Positions 32,559 to 39,944 of a DNA stretch of 64,000 bases are shown here, in pieces. Each line of letters begins with the position of its first letter. Position 1 is the stretch's first letter. Under the pieces are notes generated by a model, which had not been told where the DNA came from, made no database searches, and saw only the letters and a program-made list of their open reading frames with translations. The stretch is from assembly GCA_964520325.1 (NCBI GenBank), contig CAZFOB010000005.1:20661-84660 (forward strand). Reading direction: 5' to 3'. The DNA is from an uncultured Actinomycetes bacterium. GTDB lineage: Bacteria; Actinomycetota; JAICYB01. The position numbers were made by a program, and so were the translations under genes.

Positions 32559-32698
32559 TGAACAGGATCGGCGTGATGGGCGGGACGTTCGATCCGATCC
32601 ATACCGGACACCTGGTGGCAGCCGACGAAGCGCTGCACGCATTCGAGCTCGTCGTGCAGCCTATGGGCATGCTCAAGCGCAAACAGGACGAGGCGTAG
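32558..32698 (+). pseudogene. nadD: 46-codon remnant of nicotinate-nucleotide adenylyltransferase (nadD) 5' end
   Basis: Below the ORF-track size cutoff. My translation is [46 protein letters not shown]. The (H/T)xGH nucleotidyltransferase motif [11 protein letters not shown] is intact and the rest is missing. The ATG overlaps the ABC ATPase stop (TGATG). Confidence 0.6.
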
Positions 32699-32700
32699 CC

Positions 32701-34689
32701 GTGGCCAATCGAGCCCGCGCCAAGCGATCGCTCACGTTCGAAGACCTGTACCGGCTGAAAGACGCTTCCGACCCGCAGCTGCGTCCCGACGGCGGATGCG
32801 TCGCCTTCGTCGTCGGCACTGTCGACAAGGACGCCGACACCACGAACCGGTCCATCTATGTCGTCGACAGCACAGGCGGCGAGCCCAAGACGCTGACCCG
32901 CGGGAAGAGCGACACCGCACCGCGGTGGTCGCCCGACGGGCGCTTCCTCGCATTCCAACGTAGCGAGGAAGGCAAACGGCCGCAGATCTGGCTCCTGCCC
33001 ACCGGTGGAGGCGAGGCACGCAAGCTCACCGATCTGCGCAACGGCGTCACCGTCATGCAATGGTCGCCCGATTCCGCGAGGCTCGCCGTGACCGCGATCG
33101 TCGATATCGGACTCTCCGATGAGGCCGACCCCGAACCCGACGAAGATCCCGACGCGGAGCACAAGCGCCGGGCGAGCGCTCCCGTCGTCGTGCGCACAAA
33201 CGCATTCAAGGTCGACGGAACCGGACTGCTCGGCACACGTCGCGTGCACCTGTCCGTCGTCGACATCAACACGGGTGAGGCTCGCACGCTCACGTCGGGA
33301 GACTTGAGCGTCGGGAGTCTCGCATGGTCGCCCGACGGCAAGCGCATCGCGTACTCGGCCTCCATCGTTGCCGACCGCGACGTGTGGGGACGGTCGCACC
33401 TCTTCGCTGTCGACGCATCCGGCGGCGAGCCGAAGGACGTCGCGACTTGGGACGGATCGGCCGGAGCTCCGACCTTCTCCCCGGACGGCGAGCGGATCCT
33501 GTTCGTCGGATCGCCCGGACCTGCCGCCGGCCACTCGCGCCTATTCATCGTCGCGTCAGACGGTGGGGCACCCGAGCCGTTGCTCACCGACTTCGATCGC
33601 AACGTCATGGTCGGGGGCCCCGGCTATCCCGGAGCGCCCCCGAGGTTCTGCGGCGCCGACACCGTCCTGTTCTGCGCGAGAGACCGCGGGTGCACGCACA
33701 TCTACGCAGCGGAGTCGCGCGAGGCCACGAAGCTCGTCGGCGGCGGCGATCGTGTTGCGGCTTCTTTCTCGATCGCTGGAACGCGAATGGCGTACATGGT
33801 CTCGGCCCCCGACTGTCCGAGTGACGTTTACATCGCCGGCACCGACGGAAGCGACGAGCAACGCCTCACCGACCTCAATCGAGAGCTCATCGACGAAGTG
33901 CGCTTACACGTGGCGCAGCCGCGCACCTTCGAAGCGCCGGACGGAACGCCGATCCACGGATGGCTCGTCCGCGGTGACGGCGACGGCCCGCAACCGCTGT
34001 TGCTCGACGTGCACGGCGGCCCACACAACGCGTGGAACCCGGCGTTCCTTCCCTCGGTGCACATGTACATCGAGGTGCTGGCATCGAAAGGCTGGAGCGT
34101 GCTGCTCGTCAACCCCCGCGGCAGCGACGGGTACGGCGAAGCGTTCTACCGTGGCGTCGTCAACGGGTGGGGTGAGAACGACCAGGACGACTTCCTATGC
34201 GCCATCGATGACCTCGTGGCCGAGGGCCTCGTCGATCCGGATCGCCTTGCGGTATATGGGTACAGCTACGGCGGTTACATGACCAACTGGCTGACGAGCC
34301 GCACCGACCGCTTCGCCGCAGCCGTGTCCGGCGGGTGCGTCACCAACATCGCGAGCATGTACGGCACGTCCGATTTCGGCCCCCTGTTCGCCGTAAGTGA
34401 ACACGGCTTCGAGCTGCACGAGGGCCGGGCGCGCTTCGCCGAGCTGTCGCCCTTGAGTTACGTCGAGCACGTCACGGCGCCGACGCTGATCCTGCACGGC
34501 GAGTCCGACGACCGGTGTCCCATCGGGCAGGCCGAGGAATGGTTCTCGTCATTGCGGCGCCTGGGGTGCACGACCGAGCTCGTGCGCTACCCGGGCGCGA
34601 GCCACCTGTTCATCTTGAACGGACGACCCTCGCACCGCGTCGACTACTCCCGCCGCATCGTCGACTGGCTCACGCAACACGTCGGGTAG
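32701..34689 (+). CDS. S9-family serine peptidase (acylaminoacyl-peptidase/dipeptidyl-peptidase-like)
   Basis: Beta-propeller N-terminal half (..PRWSPDGRFLAF.., ..WSPDSARLAV.., ..AWSPDGKRIAY..), then GYSYGGYM (GxSxGG), and a ..LILHGESDDRCP.. and ..HLF.. catalytic region. GTG 32701. Confidence 0.85.
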   Translation: MANRARAKRSLTFEDLYRLKDASDPQLRPDGGCVAFVVGTVDKDADTTNRSIYVVDSTGGEPKTLTRGKSDTAPRWSPDGRFLAFQRSEEGKRPQIWLLPTGGGEARKLTDLRNGVTVMQWSPDSARLAVTAIVDIGLSDEADPEPDEDPDAEHKRRASAPVVVRTNAFKVDGTGLLGTRRVHLSVVDINTGEARTLTSGDLSVGSLAWSPDGKRIAYSASIVADRDVWGRSHLFAVDASGGEPKDVATWDGSAGAPTFSPDGERILFVGSPGPAAGHSRLFIVASDGGAPEPLLTDFDRNVMVGGPGYPGAPPRFCGADTVLFCARDRGCTHIYAAESREATKLVGGGDRVAASFSIAGTRMAYMVSAPDCPSDVYIAGTDGSDEQRLTDLNRELIDEVRLHVAQPRTFEAPDGTPIHGWLVRGDGDGPQPLLLDVHGGPHNAWNPAFLPSVHMYIEVLASKGWSVLLVNPRGSDGYGEAFYRGVVNGWGENDQDDFLCAIDDLVAEGLVDPDRLAVYGYSYGGYMTNWLTSRTDRFAAAVSGGCVTNIASMYGTSDFGPLFAVSEHGFELHEGRARFAELSPLSYVEHVTAPTLILHGESDDRCPIGQAEEWFSSLRRLGCTTELVRYPGASHLFILNGRPSHRVDYSRRIVDWLTQHVG

Positions 34690-34744
34690 TTCGTCCGGCC
34701 GAAGCCCGGGCGGCTGTGCGCTGGCGAAACGCTGATTCTGCTGC

Positions 34745-34760
34745 TATATTGCATGCATGC
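34745..34760 (+). promoter_or_regulatory. Candidate -10 (TATATT) placed for a leaderless vapB transcript, overlapping a 10-bp palindrome GCATGCATGC
   Basis: TATATT at 34745-34750 ends 6 nt before ATG 34757. GCATGCATGC at 34751-34760 spans the start codon. No SD is visible. Confidence 0.35.
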
Positions 34761-34996
34761 CACCACGCAGCATCACGATCCGGGACGTCCCGGTGCGCGT
34801 CCACCGCGAGCTCGCAGCACGTGCCGCTCGAAGAGGCCAGTCGCTGCAGGAGTATCTGCTGGCCGAGCTCGATCGATACGCGGCGCGTCCGGCCATGGCC
34901 GACCTCGTGGAAGACATGCGGACGCGAAAACAGGCGGCCGGCACGCGCCTGCGTGCGGCGCGGATCCTCGAACACCGCGACGCCTCACGGACGTGA
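34757..34996 (+). CDS. vapB: Ribbon-helix-helix type II antitoxin (VapB/FitA-like)
   Basis: MPPRSITIRDVPVRVHRELAARAARRGQSLQEYLLAEL.. is a typical RHH. Its stop overlaps the PIN gene start (GTGA). Confidence 0.75.
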   Translation: MPPRSITIRDVPVRVHRELAARAARRGQSLQEYLLAELDRYAARPAMADLVEDMRTRKQAAGTRLRAARILEHRDASRT

Positions 34997-35394
34997 CAAC
35001 CGCCGTCGTCGATGCGTCCGTGATCGTCGCAGCGCTCCTCGACTCAGGTGACGACGGTCGATGGGCCGAAGCCCAACTCCTCTCCTTCGACCTCGCCGCT
35101 CCGCATCACGTCCTGATGGAGGCCTCCAACGTCATCCGCCGCGCCGTCTTATCCAAGGACGTCGGTGTCGTGGAGGCATCGCTAGCGCATGCGGATCTGG
35201 CTCGTTTCGACCTCGAGCTGTTCGCGTTCGCACCGTTTTCTTCTCGAGTGTGGGAGCTGCGTAGCAACGTCACGTCGCACGACGCATGGTACGTCGCCGT
35301 AGCCGAGGCGCTCGACTGCGCGCTCCTCACGCTGGATCGTCGTCTCGCTCGCGCGAGCGGGACCACGTGCCAGTTCCGCGTCCCGTCGCTTTAG
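34993..35394 (+). CDS. vapC: PIN-domain toxin (VapC)
   Basis: VTTAVVDASVIVAALL.. (first acidic residue), ..HVLMEASNVI.., ..SHDAWYVAVAEAL..LLTLDRRL.. follow the PIN pattern. Confidence 0.8.
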   Translation: MTTAVVDASVIVAALLDSGDDGRWAEAQLLSFDLAAPHHVLMEASNVIRRAVLSKDVGVVEASLAHADLARFDLELFAFAPFSSRVWELRSNVTSHDAWYVAVAEALDCALLTLDRRLARASGTTCQFRVPSL

Positions 35395-35419
35395 ATTCCT
35401 GACGCCGGAACGTCCTGCG

Positions 35420-35917
35420 CTACGGGATCATCGGTGCGCGCGCGAAGGCGTCGAGCAAGAGGACCGTTCGCGTGTCGCGCACCTCGGGGTTGGCGTGAAG
35501 GCGCTCGAGCACGACGTCGCGCAGCGTGTCGGCGTTGGACGTTCGCACGAGCACAACGAAGTCGAAGTCTCCCGCTCCAAGACCGACGAACTCGACCTCG
35601 GGCACCGAGGCCAGGAAGTCACGGATCTCGCGCCAGCGCGATTGGTCGACCGTCACGAAGATCATCGCCGTGACATCGAGGCCGACGGCTCGCGGGTCGA
35701 CGCGCGTCTCGAAGCCCTCGATGATCCGGTCGGTCGTGAGGCGGTCGAGCCGGGCGTAGGCGTTGGCGCGGGAGATGTTCGCCCGCTTCGCAAGCTCGGC
35801 AACCGAGATCCGCGCGTCGTCACGAAGCACCCGGAGCAGAGCCCGATCCACGTCATCGACGGTTCGTCGTGCGAGAGCCGGCTCCGATGCCACTTCACGA
35901 GACGGATCGCTCTTCAT
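35420..35917 (-). CDS. Lrp/AsnC-family transcriptional regulator
   Basis: ..DRALLRVLRDDARISVAELAKRANISRANAYARLDRL.. HTH plus a RAM domain (..VTAMIFVTV..FDFVVLVR..). ATG 35917 is chosen; ATG 35956 is possible. Confidence 0.85.
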   Translation of the reverse strand: MKSDPSREVASEPALARRTVDDVDRALLRVLRDDARISVAELAKRANISRANAYARLDRLTTDRIIEGFETRVDPRAVGLDVTAMIFVTVDQSRWREIRDFLASVPEVEFVGLGAGDFDFVVLVRTSNADTLRDVVLERLHANPEVRDTRTVLLLDAFARAPMIP

Positions 35918-35995
35918 CAGACCATTCTTGCACACATCGTCTTGATTCTCGCGCATGGGCTAGACAAGCAGCTCGATCGGAGCCACATTGGTGGC

Positions 35996-37606
35996 ATGGC
36001 AAAAGCGGTTTTCGCCGACGCGGTCGTCGTCGATGGCCGTCACCTCACCCTCGACGACGTGGCCGCCGTCGCGCGCGCCGCCCGGCCGGTCAAGCTGTCC
36101 GAAGACTCAGGCGTCCGCGACCCGATCGAGCGCAGCCGCGCGCTCTGTCAGAAGCTCATCGAGAGCGGTACTCCTCTTTATGGGATCACGACGGGGTTCG
36201 GAGACTCCGTCCACCACCAGATCGCGCCAGACAAAGCCCGGATCCTCCAGCAGAACCTCATCAGCAACCTCGGCAACGGCACGGGAAACGCCACGCCCAC
36301 CGACGCCGCACGCGCCGTCGTGGTCGTGCGGGCCAACGCGCTCGCCCGCGGACACTCCGGTGTGCGCGCCGAGCTCATCGAAGCACTGCTCGGCCTCCTG
36401 AACGCGGGGATCACTCCGGTCATCCCAGAAGAAGGCTCGGTCGGCGCCAGCGGCGACCTCGTGCCTCTGTCCTACGTGGCTGCGGCGATCATGGGCACGA
36501 GAACCGTGCGCTACCGCGGCGAGATCCGCGAGGCTGCCGATGCGCTGACGGACGAGGGCCTCGAGCCGATCGTGCTCGAGCCGAAGGAAGGTCTCGCGCT
36601 CGTCAACGGAACGGCGTTCATGACCGGACTCGCGGCGCTCGCCACCATCGATGCGCGACGTCTGGCTCTGCTGACCGACATATGCACTGCCATGACGACC
36701 GAAGTCCTGTGCGGGATCACGGGCCCGTTCCAAGCCTTCCTTCATGAGGAAGCCAAACCCCACCCCGGACAGATCCGCTCGGCGGCGAACGTCCGTTCCT
36801 TGCTCGATGGCAGCGGTCTCGCGACGCCCTACGATCAGGTGGTCGAAGCAGCCGGCACCGCGAACGGTCACTCGCGCGAGCTGCCGGTCAAGATCCAGGA
36901 TCAGTATTCCGTGCGCTGCGCCCCGCAATTCACCGGTGTGCTGTGGGACACGCTCACATGGGTCGAGCGATGGCTCGAGATCGAGATCAACTCGACCAAC
37001 GACAATCCTCTCTTCGATACGGCCGCCGATGTCGTGGTGAGCGGCGGCAACTTCGCCGGCGGCCATGTCGCGCTTGCGATGGACACGCTCAAGACTGCCG
37101 TCGCCAGCCTCGGCGACTTGATGGACCGCCAGCTCGAGCTCGTCGTCGACGAGAAGTTCAACCACGGTCTCACGCCGAACCTGGTCCCCAGGTTGCCCGA
37201 AGGCCATCCCGACGAGGGGCTGAATCACGGTTTCAAAGGGATGCAGCTCGCGTGCTCGTCGCTCGCGGCAGAAGCGCTGAGCCGGTGCATGCCGCTCTCG
37301 GTCTTCTCCCGCTCGACCGAATGTCACAACCAGGACAAAGTCTCGATGGGCGCCACGGCCGCGCGGCAAGCCCGCGATGTCGTTGCGCTCGTCGAGAAAG
37401 TGGCGGCGATCCACCTTCTGGCCTTGTGCCAAGCTGCCGACCTGCGCGGAGCGGACAAGCTTGGTGCAACGCGCGTGGTCTACGACCGCGTGCGCGCGAG
37501 GGTGCCTGCTCTGAACGAGGCGCGGCCGATGGCCGACGACATCGTCACGGTGCTCGGCATGATCCACGACGGCACCATCACGGAGGACCTCCCGCTCGAG
37601 CAGTAA
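35996..37606 (+). CDS. MIO-dependent aromatic amino acid ammonia-lyase family protein (HAL/PAL/TAL family; specificity unclear)
   Basis: ..YGITTGFG.., GSVGASGDLVPLSY (the Ala-Ser-Gly MIO triad), ..NDNPL.. ATG 35996 is chosen; the 167-aa upstream extension (antisense to lrp) is rejected. Confidence 0.85.
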   Translation: MAKAVFADAVVVDGRHLTLDDVAAVARAARPVKLSEDSGVRDPIERSRALCQKLIESGTPLYGITTGFGDSVHHQIAPDKARILQQNLISNLGNGTGNATPTDAARAVVVVRANALARGHSGVRAELIEALLGLLNAGITPVIPEEGSVGASGDLVPLSYVAAAIMGTRTVRYRGEIREAADALTDEGLEPIVLEPKEGLALVNGTAFMTGLAALATIDARRLALLTDICTAMTTEVLCGITGPFQAFLHEEAKPHPGQIRSAANVRSLLDGSGLATPYDQVVEAAGTANGHSRELPVKIQDQYSVRCAPQFTGVLWDTLTWVERWLEIEINSTNDNPLFDTAADVVVSGGNFAGGHVALAMDTLKTAVASLGDLMDRQLELVVDEKFNHGLTPNLVPRLPEGHPDEGLNHGFKGMQLACSSLAAEALSRCMPLSVFSRSTECHNQDKVSMGATAARQARDVVALVEKVAAIHLLALCQAADLRGADKLGATRVVYDRVRARVPALNEARPMADDIVTVLGMIHDGTITEDLPLEQ

Positions 37607-38501
37607 CAGCTCGCGCGGTAACAGTGGGATCCGCATCGGCGAACCACTCGGCCGCCTGATCGCCCCAGGCCGCGTGGCGGTCGTGGAAGAGATCGTGCGC
37701 CACGATGCCACTCCAGTCGGATGGAAGCAGCCGCTGCGGAAGGCCGGGATCGAGGAACGGAAACTTGCGCCACTCGTGCACGAGTCGAGTGGACGCCTCG
37801 AAGGTCGAAACCGGATCCGCCGGAGCTGAGCCGGCGAAGTCGGTGATGAACTCCTCGTATCGTTGCTCGAGTCCGTCGAGGTCCCATGCGGCCGACACGA
37901 TCTCTGCCTCGTCGCCGATCGATCCGAGATCACCGACGAAGGAGACAGCCGACCCAAGCAGGCCCGTCTCTTCGAGCACACGCCGCGCCTCTTCCTCGCG
38001 CTCGGGGCGCTCGGGGCGCTCGGGACGTGCAGCCACCCACACACCGGGAGCCAAGCGTCCGAAACCGGCCCACGTCAGTCGTGTGCGCGATCGGTGGCGA
38101 GCCTGTTGCGATATCTCGGTTGTGTGCGTGACGAGCACGACCCATCTGCCGTCCCAATCTGTGAGCGGTTCACCGAACGAGTAGATGCGCTCGGCCCCTT
38201 GACGCAGCAGGGCCCGGCCGGGATCGGTCAGCCTCCAGCGCACATGACGACCGATCCGCTCGCGTTCGATGAAGCCGTCGAGCGCCGCGCGCGCCATCGC
38301 TTGGCGGGAGGCCTTCTCCTCGACTCCGAGCACACGCAGCGCTCGCATCAACGTTGCCGTCCAAACGACGCCGCCTGTTGGAAAGACGTATTCGCCGAGG
38401 ATCGTGAAGAGCAGCGAGCGCGCACTCGGCCCCGCGAGCGCGCGTCGGCGGAGCTCGCGATCTTCCGGAGAGCGCCGATCTTCCAGGGAGGCCGCTCTCA
38501 C
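37578..38501 (-). CDS. paaX: PaaX-family transcriptional regulator
   Basis: ..LLFTILGEYVFPTGGVVWTATLMRALRVLGVEEKASRQAMAR.. and ..LVHEWRKFPFLDPGLP.. are PaaX N- and C-terminal domain hallmarks. GTG 38501 overlaps the boxB stop (GTGA). Confidence 0.8.
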   Translation of the reverse strand: MRAASLEDRRSPEDRELRRRALAGPSARSLLFTILGEYVFPTGGVVWTATLMRALRVLGVEEKASRQAMARAALDGFIERERIGRHVRWRLTDPGRALLRQGAERIYSFGEPLTDWDGRWVVLVTHTTEISQQARHRSRTRLTWAGFGRLAPGVWVAARPERPERPEREEEARRVLEETGLLGSAVSFVGDLGSIGDEAEIVSAAWDLDGLEQRYEEFITDFAGSAPADPVSTFEASTRLVHEWRKFPFLDPGLPQRLLPSDWSGIVAHDLFHDRHAAWGDQAAEWFADADPTVTARAVTARAGGPP

Positions 38502-39922
38502 GCGAGACGAACGTACTCGAAGTCGATCGGCCTTCCGGCCACCCCAGTCTTCGGCGGAGCGATCCAACCCGCCATCTTTCCGCGCTCGTGCACGCCGGTC
38601 ATGAGCGAGTTCACGTAGTCGCGATCCTCCGACCTCGGCAGCCAATCACCGATCCGCGCGTCCCATTCTTGCTTGGTGAGCACTTCACCCGAGGGCGAGA
38701 CGTGATGTCCGGCGAACAGTCCAACCTCGCGGTTGAAGCCGCGGTGCGGCAATGCGAGCTCGACATCGAGCCCGTGGTCGTGGAGCACCTTGTTCCAGCG
38801 CCGGAGTCCCTTCGCGCAATCCTCGACGTAGTCGTCCTGGAGCACACGGTTGAGCGCGAGGAGCATCGGGACCTCCACGTCGACGATCTCGCCGTCGCGC
38901 GGCTCCTGGATGATGGTGAACGCGTTGGTCAGCTGATGATCGTCGTTGCGTTCGTCCTCACGGAAACGTCCCTTCAGTCCGGCTGTGTAGTAGTTCGCGG
39001 CGTTGGTCGACCGGTCGCCGCCGAACAGATCGAAGGAGATGCTCGCGTACAGATTGAGGAAGCGCTGGATGGTCTTGAGGTCGATGCCACCGAACCGCCG
39101 GACGTCGTCGGTGTCGTGCTCGCGCATGAGCTCGGCCGTTCGCTGCACGATGCGCTCAACGCCCGTCGAGCCGACGGACATGTGGTACGCCTCTTCCTTC
39201 AGCATGAACGACGACGTACGCGACAGAGGATCGAACGCACTCTCACGCAATGCGGAGAGCTGAAACTTGCCGTCGCGATCGGTGAAGTAGGCGAACATGA
39301 ACATCGACAGCCAGTCGGACGTATCGGTGTTGAACGTCTCGAGGATCCGCGGACGATCGATGCTGCCGGAGTGACGCTCGAGGAGGCCGTCGGCTTCGTC
39401 GCGTCCCTCACGTCCGAAATGGGCGTGCAGGAGATAGACCATCGCCCACAGGTGGCGGCCCTCTTCGACGTTGACCTGGAACAAGCTCCGGAGGTCGTAG
39501 AGGCTCGGCGCCGAAAGACCCAGGTGTCGCTGCTGCTCGACCGACGCCGGCTCTGTGTCGCCCTGGATGACGATGAGGTTGCGCAGATCTGCTCGGTACT
39601 CGCCGGGCACGTCCTGCCACGCCGGCTTGCCCATGTGCTCGCCGAATCCGATGCGCCTGTCGGCCTCCGGTTCGGCGAGAAAGATGCCCCAGCGGTACTC
39701 GGGCAAGGGAACGAAGTCGTAATGCGCCCACCCGTCGTGACCGACCGAGACCGCGGTGCGCAAGAAGACCTCGTTCTCCTTGAATGCAACCGGCCCTTGA
39801 TCTCGCCACCAGTCGATGAAGCGCGGCTGCCAGCTCTCGAGCGCCCTCTGCAGCCGTTTGTCATCGGCAAGGCCGACGTTGTTCGGGATGCGCTCTGAGT
39901 AATCGACCGCGGTACCTGTCAT
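38498..39922 (-). CDS. boxB: Benzoyl-CoA 2,3-epoxidase, oxygenase component BoxB
   Basis: Near-colinear match to my memory of Azoarcus BoxB: ..YSERIPNNV.., QGDTEPASVEQQRHLGLSAPSLYDLRSLFQVNVEEGRHLWAMVYLLHAHFGREGR, ..TDRDGKFQL.., ..FEYVRLA end. ATG at 39920-39922. Confidence 0.9.
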   Translation of the reverse strand: MTGTAVDYSERIPNNVGLADDKRLQRALESWQPRFIDWWRDQGPVAFKENEVFLRTAVSVGHDGWAHYDFVPLPEYRWGIFLAEPEADRRIGFGEHMGKPAWQDVPGEYRADLRNLIVIQGDTEPASVEQQRHLGLSAPSLYDLRSLFQVNVEEGRHLWAMVYLLHAHFGREGRDEADGLLERHSGSIDRPRILETFNTDTSDWLSMFMFAYFTDRDGKFQLSALRESAFDPLSRTSSFMLKEEAYHMSVGSTGVERIVQRTAELMREHDTDDVRRFGGIDLKTIQRFLNLYASISFDLFGGDRSTNAANYYTAGLKGRFREDERNDDHQLTNAFTIIQEPRDGEIVDVEVPMLLALNRVLQDDYVEDCAKGLRRWNKVLHDHGLDVELALPHRGFNREVGLFAGHHVSPSGEVLTKQEWDARIGDWLPRSEDRDYVNSLMTGVHERGKMAGWIAPPKTGVAGRPIDFEYVRLA

Positions 39923-39944
39923 CGGGAGTCGCTCCGCTCCATCC

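Noticed and set aside
35996-37606. Simple annotation as histidine ammonia-lyase hutH
   Set aside because: No hutU/hutI/hutG genes are nearby, and the selectivity position appears to read Asn-Leu rather than Ser-His. The call is left at family level.
37990-38030. Tandem 9-bp repeats (GCGCTCGGG x3, encoding PERPERPER in the PaaX-like protein), and the 15-bp VTARA/VTARA repeat at 37590-37625
   Set aside because: These are short in-frame slippage repeats inside linker or tail regions of a recognisable protein. No independent function is indicated.
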